This document shows positions 48,333 through 56,612 of a stretch of 64,000 bases of DNA, in pieces. The stretch is from a virus. The first letter of the stretch is position 1, and each line of letters opens with the position of its first letter. Location: IMG/VR virus record IMGVR_UViG_3300045988_171858; one strand, written 5' to 3'. The notes beneath the pieces are model-generated. The model ran no database searches. It saw only the letters and a program-made list of their open reading frames with translations, and was not told the origin of the DNA. The position numbers and the translations under genes were made by a program.

Positions 48333-48393
48333 AAGAAATCCTTTCTTGTAGAAAAATATATCTGTTGCTACAGATACATTCTACATCAGATCC

Positions 48394-48879
48394 TTACTCT
48401 TTACTACCTTCAATTCGTATATAGGAAGCGTTTGACACAATCATGAAGTGCAGAATTGTTGCAAGCTCAAGTAGTGTGTCATCCTGATGCATATACCAAA
48501 TAGGCCCTGCATTCAGGCGATCGTCAATGATCAAAGAATCCAAACGTTTCTCGCCGTCTTCCATTTCGAGGATTCGCGCCAATAGGCCATAAACGTTGGT
48601 AACTTCATCAAGACCCATACGGCCGTCTTTACGATGCGAGAAATAGACTACAGGATTTACGCATTCCGGCACGCAACTCAAAAGCAAATCGTCTTCATTG
48701 CAAGAGATGTGCAATGTGTCCATGAAGGACATCCAATTGTGGTCAAAACCGGACTTGACAACTTCCTTGAGGAATTCATATTTCTCTTTTACCGGCAAAT
48801 TGGTATAAGTAGAATAGCATGCAAAATTTGCGTTATTCAGTTTTGGGAGTAGTTCGTTTTGAAGGTATGGTAAAGACAT
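48394..48879 (-). CDS. hypothetical protein (161 aa)
   Basis: ORF starting 4 nt after the dnaE N-gene stop. Confidence 0.7.
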   Translation of the reverse strand: MSLPYLQNELLPKLNNANFACYSTYTNLPVKEKYEFLKEVVKSGFDHNWMSFMDTLHISCNEDDLLLSCVPECVNPVVYFSHRKDGRMGLDEVTNVYGLLARILEMEDGEKRLDSLIIDDRLNAGPIWYMHQDDTLLELATILHFMIVSNASYIRIEGSKE

Positions 48880-48882
48880 TTT

Positions 48883-50697
48883 TTATTTTCTTTCTGTAGT
48901 AAGCCACTCTTTTAACGGGTAGCCTTTAATTTCGATAACCGGCAATTTTGCGCGTCCGGCATTAAGGTAACGGCTGAACATTAGCCCGTATGGGATAGGA
49001 TCAATAGCGGTAATACCTAAAGCATAGGAGAGCAATGAGCCCGCGGCGCTATTGTGAACCATACAAACATTAGTCCTAAAAGAACAATCCTCGTCAACCA
49101 TAAGGTCATATACCCTTACCGGTTCATCTTCATTATAGAAGCTAGACAACTCAAAATTGTCTATTGAATCCATTTTGTAATCTTCAACCTTAGACAAAAT
49201 ATCGTCAGGTAAAGTTCCCCTATCTAGTGTGTGTATTTGCTTGTCCAATTCGATAGCGGGAATGAATCCATGTTTTTTAGTTTTAACTTTATGGTCTTCT
49301 GTTAAATGCATCATACCATATTCAGTTTCAAGGGTAATCATTTCCCTATAATCTACAATATGTTTGGTAGTATGATACACAGACTTCCATCGGTTATTAT
49401 GGGTCCAAACCATATCTCCGACTTTGACAAATTCAATCGGACAATAATAAATGGCGCCGGCCCTATTGATTAGAGCCTTAGTCCCCTCAAATAGACACCC
49501 ACGACCAGGACCAATCATAATACCTTTAGCTTTAGCCTCATCAAGAATCTCTTGCAAGACCAAAGGATAAGAACTGAAACCCATCTTAGAGTACATATCA
49601 AGCTCTTCTTCAAGTCTATCGAAATAAACCTTCTTCTGTTCGTCAGAAAGCTTTTTAGAATATTCAGAATACCATTGCATGGCTCTGCCTCTCAATACAG
49701 AGTCAGGGTCAGCATAAGGAGCAGGGAAGATAATATCCTCATTCTTAGGCAAGGTTACATTACACATCTCTGCAATTTTATTTGTATTTGCAAAAGCCTC
49801 TGCATCTTCAGGATGAGAGTAATACTCTTCAACCAATACATGATGCGGCTTAACATAATACTGGCTAGGCTGATAGAACATAGAGTTGCTATCAACGTCG
49901 GCATCTTCTTTGCTCGAGTCAGTCAGGCCGGCAGCTTTTACCGCCTTATTGATTTGACCGCCAGTATTAACCATAACTAATTTAGCATGGCTATCAGATT
50001 GCCAAGGATATACATAGTGGCTATCACATGTGATAACCATAGGAATATTATGCTTCTTGGAGATTTCAACCAAATTCTTATTGGCAATATCCTGCTCTTC
50101 AAGGCCGGTATAAGTTTTCTCCAAATAGAATCTGTCACCAAAAATCTCCTTCAGCTTTAATGCAATCTGTTCGGCTTCTTCCGGTTTGCCATCCAAATAC
50201 AGCTGGTTAATAGGTCCGCCCAAACAAGCAGACGTACAAATCAAGCCTTCATTGCACTCTTCAAGAAGAGCTAAATCAAAACGCGGCTTATAGTATTTGT
50301 AACGAGTCCAGGCAATAGAGGTAGCTTTCATAAGGTTACGATAGCCCTGCTCATTAATAGCGATAAGCAGAATATGATAGTTAGCTTTATAGCCTTCTAT
50401 CTTTTCCTTAATAGAGCCAGAATGAAGAGTCATGTATCCTTCATTAGCAAAAATTGGCTTAATACCATGCTTAGCGCAAATTTTAGCTTGCTCATGATGG
50501 CCAATCATATTGCCATGTTCAGACAAACACAAACCCTTCATTCCAAGAGCCTTAACACGTTCACAATACTCTTCAAGCTTACCAAATCCATCCAAAGGAC
50601 TATAGATACTATGAGCATGCAGATTCGTATACATCCCGACATCTTCGGGTTTAATATCGCCATTTGGATTTTCGGGAGTGGACACAAATTCCATCAA
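48883..50697 (-). CDS. dnaE: DNA polymerase III alpha-type polymerase, N-gene (PHP domain plus start of palm) with mini-intein
   Basis: PHP motif NLHAHSIYSPLDGFG, then ...GPGRG[intein]SAAGSLLSYALGITAIDP..FSRYLNAGR. It continues into a degenerate LPVIEIK in place of PDxDxDF and stops. Confidence 0.85.
   Translation of the reverse strand: MMEFVSTPENPNGDIKPEDVGMYTNLHAHSIYSPLDGFGKLEEYCERVKALGMKGLCLSEHGNMIGHHEQAKICAKHGIKPIFANEGYMTLHSGSIKEKIEGYKANYHILLIAINEQGYRNLMKATSIAWTRYKYYKPRFDLALLEECNEGLICTSACLGGPINQLYLDGKPEEAEQIALKLKEIFGDRFYLEKTYTGLEEQDIANKNLVEISKKHNIPMVITCDSHYVYPWQSDSHAKLVMVNTGGQINKAVKAAGLTDSSKEDADVDSNSMFYQPSQYYVKPHHVLVEEYYSHPEDAEAFANTNKIAEMCNVTLPKNEDIIFPAPYADPDSVLRGRAMQWYSEYSKKLSDEQKKVYFDRLEEELDMYSKMGFSSYPLVLQEILDEAKAKGIMIGPGRGCLFEGTKALINRAGAIYYCPIEFVKVGDMVWTHNNRWKSVYHTTKHIVDYREMITLETEYGMMHLTEDHKVKTKKHGFIPAIELDKQIHTLDRGTLPDDILSKVEDYKMDSIDNFELSSFYNEDEPVRVYDLMVDEDCSFRTNVCMVHNSAAGSLLSYALGITAIDPIPYGLMFSRYLNAGRAKLPVIEIKGYPLKEWLTTERK
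49051..49497 (-). mobile_element. mini-intein (149 aa) in dnaE N-gene
   Basis: GPGRG|CLFEGTKALI.., block B LTEDHKV, and blocks F/G VYDLMVDEDCSFRTNVCMVHN|SAAGS. Confidence 0.85.
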
Positions 50698-50719
50698 TAG
50701 TCCTTTCTTATTGGAGTGG

Positions 50720-51265
50720 TTACTTAATACACTTAGTTAAATCCGGCGCCCAATAATGAGGGCCTTTGATAACCTTTCCGAGTTCATTTTTAACAGCCTT
50801 GCCATCAACAAATTTAGACATATTAGAAGCATGAACTTCATCAAATCCAGCTTCAAGATCCAAACCAAATGTAATGGCAGCACCAGTATTAACATAGTCG
50901 ATATCAACAATAGCATCATAGACGCCAATCAAATCAATATCGAGATCTTTATCTTTCAATTCATGAGAAACATCTTTCAGTTTCTTCAGGCCGACATTTA
51001 AAGTGTCCAGGACATCTTTTGCTTTATTATTATTTTCAGCTTCATTAGACAAAATAGCTTCGGCCATTTCGATGGTTTCTTCGAGAGTCAATTGTACACG
51101 AAGGAGAGAATCGGCGGAAGAAGGAATGGTAGCCTTCTCATTAACGGTTTGGCCAGCAATAGTCATAAACCGTTTTACCTTTTCCGTGTGACTCTTAACA
51201 CCAAAGAATTTTGCAAGTTTGCACATCATAAAATTACCGGTCATCCATACTTGATAAAAAAACAT
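50720..51265 (-). CDS. MazG-like nucleoside triphosphate pyrophosphohydrolase
   Basis: Helical EExxE-type segment LTLEETIEMAEA, then VYDAIVDIDYV and HASNMSKF, as in phage MazG/NTP-PPase proteins. Confidence 0.55.
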   Translation of the reverse strand: MFFYQVWMTGNFMMCKLAKFFGVKSHTEKVKRFMTIAGQTVNEKATIPSSADSLLRVQLTLEETIEMAEAILSNEAENNNKAKDVLDTLNVGLKKLKDVSHELKDKDLDIDLIGVYDAIVDIDYVNTGAAITFGLDLEAGFDEVHASNMSKFVDGKAVKNELGKVIKGPHYWAPDLTKCIK

Positions 51266-51702
51266 TAGTATCCATCCTCAACAGTTCCGGGCGCACCGAC
51301 TACTTGAATACCATCATCGTCATGCCCTGCATTGTTAACAAGTTCCTGAAGTTTATCCAATTCAGAAGGATTAGCTTCATAATAAGACTTAAGACCAGTC
51401 TTGCCTTGGAATTTAAGAACTTCACCATCAGGAGTACAATAAGGTAATGTATACCAAGCGCCGCCCTTTTCAAAAACATCTTTAGCAATAGCAGCATCAA
51501 TAAGTTCTTCAACCCTATTGAAACCTACACCAAAATAAAGGTTAGATTCACCAACACCAAAAGGACTACCGACTTTATTCTTAATTATAGTAAAGTCCAC
51601 GGTTTGGCCAATGAATCCATCACCGGCTGAATTCTTGATTCTCATTGATGGAGTCGAATTGACTTTGACACGGCTTGAGCAATAGAAGGGAATGGCTTTT
51701 CC
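51265..51702 (-). CDS. recA: RecA/UvsX-type recombinase, exon 2
   Basis: Begins GKAIPFYCSSRVKV (compare RecA GGnALKFYaSvRldiR). Confidence 0.85.
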   Translation of the reverse strand, partial: GKAIPFYCSSRVKVNSTPSMRIKNSAGDGFIGQTVDFTIIKNKVGSPFGVGESNLYFGVGFNRVEELIDAAIAKDVFEKGGAWYTLPYCTPDGEVLKFQGKTGLKSYYEANPSELDKLQELVNNAGHDDDGIQVVGAPGTVEDGY

Positions 51703-51997
51703 CATTTTGTTATCGCAGAGCTTTTTATCTCTGCTTCTGCATCATTACAATGCAGTTCAGCATACTTTTTCACCATATCCAAAGGACTTAGGTGTAGCGG
51801 CCTCGTGGAAGCATTATATTCTATTATTAGTTTCAGCTTCTATGCGTTGCCCCTGACTGGGCCGTTAGACCAGCCTTCGGTTCGAGTTGTCCTATCTAAG
51901 AGGGAGGATTTTCTCGCTTAATTCCGCTATTATAATTCATAACGTTTCCGCTATGAACGGCAGATATAATCACTTAAGTAGTTGATTTATATACATT
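51703..51997 (-). mobile_element. group I intron (family 2, 295 nt, no ORF) in recA
   Basis: 5' splice site GGU|AAUGUA, GGAAUUAAGCGAGAA, CUCGAACCGAAGG, R GCAACGCAUAGAAG, S GAAAAAGUAUGCUGAAC, 3' end GAUAACAAAAUG|GGA. Splicing gives QTTPG|GKAIPFY. Confidence 0.85.
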
Positions 51998-52654
51998 ACC
52001 TGGAGTGGTTTGCCCACCCCAAAGGTCCATCTTGTCCCTCACCTGATTCACAAAGATCAGAGTGGTATTAGCTTTCTTCAGAGACTCTAAAAGCTTTGGC
52101 AGGGCCTTGGACAAGAATCGGGCTTTCTCGGCCATCGTCTCTTTATCATAATCGCCATTTAATTCACGTTTAGTCATCAGCGCTGGAACGCTATCAACAA
52201 TAACTAAACTAAAGGCGCCGGTAGCGACCGCGCCATCAATAACTTCGAAAACATTTTCAGCTTCTTGCATCTGAAGGAACACAACGCCTTCGTCATTTTC
52301 GCAGTCAAGGCCAAGCTTTCGCATATAGTTGAAGTTTTGTGCCTGTTCGGCGTCAACGTACAAGATATATTTGTCGGGATATTGTCGACGTGCATTTGCA
52401 CAAGTCAAAGATACAATGGTAGATTTGCCAGAACCGGATGCCCCAAAGATCTCGTGAATACGACCTCTGACCCATCCTCCATTGCCAAGAAGACCATCAA
52501 GAATAGCAGAGCCAGAAGAAATAGACTCAAAAACCTGATACTCCCCATTGGAGAAGATATCGCCACCTTCACCGTATTTCTTATTCATTGCTGTCTTAAA
52601 GCTGGTCATTGCCCTTTTAACGTCGGGCGAAACGTTCATTTCTATTTTAGACAC
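51998..52654 (-). CDS. recA: RecA/UvsX-type recombinase, exon 1
   Basis: Walker A GASGSGKST and Walker B LVIVDSV. Ends ..WGGQTTPG. Confidence 0.9.
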
Positions 52655-52683
52655 TTCTACGTTGTCCTTTTTATTTAGAGTTA

Positions 52684-53202
52684 TTATTGACCTCTAGTAG
52701 AGTATCTCTCTTCTAGAGATACCAAATATCCCAGACCTCCCAGTCTGGAATCGAAGACTTTGATTTTTTCATTTTGAATATGCCAATAGTCAACGAATGA
52801 TTCGGCTATGTTCATTGCAATATATTTTGTTTTACACTCTTCCATAGCCATAGAATTTAAAGCTTCAATGCTCGGCCGGCGCTTAGCTTCTTGTTGCTCG
52901 AAGCGCTCCATAATTTCTTTTTTGGCAGCCAACATAGCAGCCTGATAATGCACTTCACAAGTCTTATACGCAGCTTTAGCATACGCATAATTAGAATTTA
53001 CAACACGGAGTATTTGAATAAACCTTGCATTGGCCGCCCGCAAATCAGCAGTATCTGAATGCTCATTGATAACAGGAAGTTGAACTTCAGCTTCCCATTC
53101 AGCCAAGGACTTTCCTCTAAATGGAACATTCTCCATAAAAGAAGAAACATACTCATCATAATTACGATAGCCAATCATGGCTGTTTCAATAGTTTCAGAC
53201 AT
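52684..53202 (-). CDS. hypothetical protein (172 aa)
   Basis: ORF immediately upstream of recA. Function unknown. Confidence 0.7.
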   Translation of the reverse strand: MSETIETAMIGYRNYDEYVSSFMENVPFRGKSLAEWEAEVQLPVINEHSDTADLRAANARFIQILRVVNSNYAYAKAAYKTCEVHYQAAMLAAKKEIMERFEQQEAKRRPSIEALNSMAMEECKTKYIAMNIAESFVDYWHIQNEKIKVFDSRLGGLGYLVSLEERYSTRGQ

Positions 53203-53203
53203 A

Positions 53204-53497
53204 TTATTTCTCTATTTCAGGCGAATCAGAAAAACGTTCAGACATCTTGATTAGAACATGAACCTGAAGCATTAGTTGCAATCCGAAATTGTCCGGATGG
53301 GCAAGGCACATTTTCTCAACCTCGAAGCTGTCATTGTAATTAAATTTAGGAATGTTTCCGTCAATCACTATATGTGCAAGCGAAAAGACTCGCAGCAAAT
53401 TAGCAACAGATAAAATAAACTCGGCATTAGTCGGACTTTCTTCTTCTACGACCTCGTTTAGTCTTCCCAGTATCTTCTTTATCTTCTTCACATCCAT
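53204..53497 (-). CDS. hypothetical protein (~97 aa)
   Basis: The ORF opens at 53584. The ATG at 53497 is preceded by GGAGAG. The 5' part overlaps the ruvC-like gene. Confidence 0.55.
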   Translation of the reverse strand: MDVKKIKKILGRLNEVVEEESPTNAEFILSVANLLRVFSLAHIVIDGNIPKFNYNDSFEVEKMCLAHPDNFGLQLMLQVHVLIKMSERFSDSPEIEK

Positions 53498-54002
53498 TTT
53501 GTATTCTCTCCATTTGCAAACCATAGGAAACGGCAACAGCAACAGCATCAGATTCATCGTAATTGTTGAAGGTGAAATCATCAATATTCACGACAAAATT
53601 TTTTAATGCCGACTGGACTTCATTTTTGTCTGCCCTTCCCGAGCCGGTAATTATTTTCTTGACTGTTTGGGGAGCAATTACGTCGTAACTTTTATCAAGT
53701 CCGCGTATAATATGCCCCTTATATAATCCAGCCAGTTCAGCCAAGTCTGTTAGACGGCCGGGAGAACCAAAACTATAGTTTTCCAATACAAAGAACTTAG
53801 AGTCCTTAATTGGAGTAAAGGACTCTGTTGCAAAGATAAAGCATTCCAAAGATTCCAATTTTTTGTTGAAACCTTTTGTTCTCGGGTTCGGCGCGATTGA
53901 CTTGATATCAATCAAATTGAATTTGCCTTCCCCTAGATATTCAACTACTGCCAACCCTGTATTGGTGACAGATAAGTCAATACCACAAAAATAAACACTC
54001 AT
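53427..54002 (-). CDS. ruvC: RuvC-like Holliday junction resolvase
   Basis: N-terminal CGIDLSVTNTGLAVVE and C-terminal DESDAVAVAV acidic motifs. Confidence 0.8.
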   Translation of the reverse strand: MSVYFCGIDLSVTNTGLAVVEYLGEGKFNLIDIKSIAPNPRTKGFNKKLESLECFIFATESFTPIKDSKFFVLENYSFGSPGRLTDLAELAGLYKGHIIRGLDKSYDVIAPQTVKKIITGSGRADKNEVQSALKNFVVNIDDFTFNNYDESDAVAVAVSYGLQMERIQNGCEEDKEDTGKTKRGRRRRKSD

Positions 54003-54005
54003 AGT

Positions 54006-54764
54006 TTACTCATTGCTACTACCATTACCAATAGAACCAATTCCAGCAATAATGGTTAAGAACTCTCTATCAAGAAGTGCTCTATAAGAAATATCCAAAG
54101 TAAAAGAAGGATATGTTGCATTCGGGTCAAGATGGGTAGCGCCCAAATTGAATAATACAGCGTTCTCTCTATGGTGATACAGCCAGTATACCGAAGCATG
54201 AATATGAGGAGCAGTAATATTCATCATAACCGGCTCGGTAGGAATGTCAAATGCAATACCTCTAACAAAATTATGGTAAGGAATGAGAGATTCCGACCAG
54301 AAGGTGGTATCGAGATCCTCATAAATCGCCTGATAGTGCGTGTTTGAAAACATCAGCCTATCAAGGCTATACGCGATATCGAACAGGTATTCCTGCCCAA
54401 CCATATAATTTCTGAGGTTAACAATAGACTTCAGATACTCGCTTGCATTGTAAGCATAGAAGGAGTGAACGTTCTTTTTCGCTTCTCCCCTAATATATGG
54501 CTTAAACAGCATATTATTTAAATCATGCGTCCTGTTATCAAACATTGTATCAGAGAAGATTTTTTGCCGAGGAAAAGATATGCGGACATTATTGTTATTC
54601 AGCGAAACCCGGACTCCATCACCCAAAAGTTTTCTGAGATGAGCTCCCAAGGATCGGCGGTAGCTTCCCATATCGAAGCCTCTGAATTTAACCTTTGTAT
54701 CCCGAATACCTGCGATATTCGAAATTGCAGTTCTCAAAAGCACTTCATTATCTAAAAAGTTCAT
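54006..54764 (-). CDS. hypothetical protein (252 aa)
   Basis: ORF only. Confidence 0.7.
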   Translation of the reverse strand: MNFLDNEVLLRTAISNIAGIRDTKVKFRGFDMGSYRRSLGAHLRKLLGDGVRVSLNNNNVRISFPRQKIFSDTMFDNRTHDLNNMLFKPYIRGEAKKNVHSFYAYNASEYLKSIVNLRNYMVGQEYLFDIAYSLDRLMFSNTHYQAIYEDLDTTFWSESLIPYHNFVRGIAFDIPTEPVMMNITAPHIHASVYWLYHHRENAVLFNLGATHLDPNATYPSFTLDISYRALLDREFLTIIAGIGSIGNGSSNE

Positions 54765-54796
54765 GTTAATATCTTTCTGTTTGAATTGGTGTTGCC

Positions 54797-54952
54797 CTAT
54801 TCTATCGTTTGCATAAAGATATCATTATACAAAAGACGAATTATCTCAAGGAATTCTTTGTTCAAAAGCAGTGATGTCGGAACAATAAGATCCGTCTCAT
54901 GGCATCTCCTATTCCATAAATTATCTTTCCACACAACCGTATCGTAGATCAT
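54797..54952 (-). CDS. possible small ORF (51 aa)
   Basis: ATG-initiated ORF, below the ORF-track threshold, that fills an otherwise empty 220-nt gap. No other support. Confidence 0.3.
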   Translation of the reverse strand: MIYDTVVWKDNLWNRRCHETDLIVPTSLLLNKEFLEIIRLLYNDIFMQTIE

Positions 54953-54984
54953 AGTCCTATCGACATGATGGTAGTCAAGGTTGA

Positions 54985-55326
54985 TTAAAAATGGAAATTA
55001 TTATGCCTCCATCCAGTATCGTCCACATCGTTCTCTTTCATAAAAAGATAGAGGCAATAGTATGCCTTCATCGCATTGGACGGCTCAAGCATCCTTCTAG
55101 GCTCTTTTCTGTGGATTTCGAAAGGAGGAATGGTAAAACGAATATATGAACAGTTGCTGCTAAGCTCAATAACATCAAAAGGCAAATGCATTCTGCTAAG
55201 TTCTAAAAATTCATAAATCTCAAGGCAGAATTCCCATGTATAATCTTTATCTGAAAACTTGAAATTCATTCCAGATATTTGAGACATTAGAGTTAAACTC
55301 AGGCGCCTTAGCAAAGGAGGAATCAT
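54985..55326 (-). CDS. hypothetical protein (113 aa)
   Basis: ORF only. Confidence 0.6.
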   Translation of the reverse strand: MIPPLLRRLSLTLMSQISGMNFKFSDKDYTWEFCLEIYEFLELSRMHLPFDVIELSSNCSYIRFTIPPFEIHRKEPRRMLEPSNAMKAYYCLYLFMKENDVDDTGWRHNNFHF

Positions 55327-55376
55327 ATTACACCAATCTATACGATAGCCTCCCGTCCCAAGACAGGAGGCCGATT

Positions 55377-55730
55377 TTAGTTAATACCAGAAGCCATCAA
55401 AATGCGGTCCATAATGCTTGGAGCTTGCGGATTGATTTTAGAGAGAATAGTAGATTTGACGACTTCCAATGCACCAATCGCCTCATGACTTCCCCATTGG
55501 CCTTCAATCGAAAAGGAAATTGAACCATTCTTTTCCACAATTACGATTGTTTTTTGAACAGGCTGAGGAGCCTCTTTTACTTTCTCTCGGCCATCCTTAT
55601 CGGGAGAATAGTCCGGGTCTTTATCAAACACGACACTTTCTTTTTTGGGGAATGTTTCGGCAAATACCGGGCCGCTAGTTTCCATAACTTCACTTTCAGT
55701 TGTTTGATCAACATCTTTATATTTAATCAT
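55377..55730 (-). CDS. hypothetical protein (117 aa)
   Basis: ORF whose start overlaps the upstream stop by 1 nt. Confidence 0.65.
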   Translation of the reverse strand: MIKYKDVDQTTESEVMETSGPVFAETFPKKESVVFDKDPDYSPDKDGREKVKEAPQPVQKTIVIVEKNGSISFSIEGQWGSHEAIGALEVVKSTILSKINPQAPSIMDRILMASGIN

Positions 55731-56590
55731 TACTCTCTCCGTAGTATAAATCGGATTTTATCTGAATCTGAAATCAATGCAAGCTTAACCAAGGAGCATA
55801 CATCCTTAAAGGATATATGTACGCCTTCACTTGGGTCTTTAACAATATTGCCCGGATAAACAGTAATACGCTGACCATTGTTTGATTCCAACACGACAGA
55901 TTCCATTAGCTTGAGGGATTTGCCTAATCCAGGGTCACTCAACTTCATAGAATCAATCATACGGTCGATCATCTCATCAACTTGAAACGAAACTTCGGTT
56001 CCGTCTGCTGTTTCCTGGGCCACAGAGAACGTTGTAGGCGCATCATCCGGCCGGACATATGGTTGCTCAGGTTTAGCCTCTGCAGGGGCTTCCTGCTCAT
56101 TCTGAGGGGCCTCCTGAACAACTTCCTTTACAGGCTCCTGTTTAACTTCTGGTTGCTGCGCCTCTTGGGCTTGCTGTTGAGGTTGGCTGTGTTGAACAAG
56201 GCTTGGATACCATTCAGAGAATTTAGCCGCAATCTTCTGGACGCAATTCCATAACATTGCCTTATCAGAAACCAAACAATGCGGCAAGGCATAGTGGGAA
56301 ATAGGCTCCGACAAAATGCAAACTGCAACCTTTTGTGCATCGTCTGCAAAGTCTTTGATAAAGGTATATCCAGGATAGCCGCGCTCTCTGGACAAAGGCA
56401 TAGTAACCTTGCCGGACGTTTCATTGAAGCAAAGAAAAATCGACTTACCAGAAACATTTAAATCTTCAGATTCAACATCAATTACACGAACAAATTCCGG
56501 ACTAATATTAGCCAAGGAAAAAATGCGTTTAATTGCCTCAGACTCTTGAGAAGTCACGCGCTTACTTACTACATAAATTATATTGTGCAT
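55730..56590 (-). CDS. hypothetical protein with Gln/Pro/Glu-rich linker (286 aa), coupled to the RT gene
   Basis: GAGGAA Shine-Dalgarno sequence within the 22-nt spacer between the RT stop and this start. Linker QHSQPQQQAQEAQQPEVKQEPVKEVVQEAPQNEQEAPAEAKPEQ. Confidence 0.7.
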   Translation of the reverse strand: MHNIIYVVSKRVTSQESEAIKRIFSLANISPEFVRVIDVESEDLNVSGKSIFLCFNETSGKVTMPLSRERGYPGYTFIKDFADDAQKVAVCILSEPISHYALPHCLVSDKAMLWNCVQKIAAKFSEWYPSLVQHSQPQQQAQEAQQPEVKQEPVKEVVQEAPQNEQEAPAEAKPEQPYVRPDDAPTTFSVAQETADGTEVSFQVDEMIDRMIDSMKLSDPGLGKSLKLMESVVLESNNGQRITVYPGNIVKDPSEGVHISFKDVCSLVKLALISDSDKIRFILRRE

Positions 56591-56612
56591 ATTGTTCCTC
56601 TAAAATCTGAAG

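Noticed and set aside
43548-48945. A single giant (5.4-kb) intron or trans-splicing event joining the dnaE N-gene (..AKLP V) to exon IDSDVE at 43547.
   Set aside because: The N-gene is followed 4 nt after its stop by a normally coupled gene, with no intron-like 5' structure. The intron at 43548-43800 has a complete core and a P1 (GGAU/GUCC) that matches the local upstream exon ..GGGFPD and not the N-gene end.
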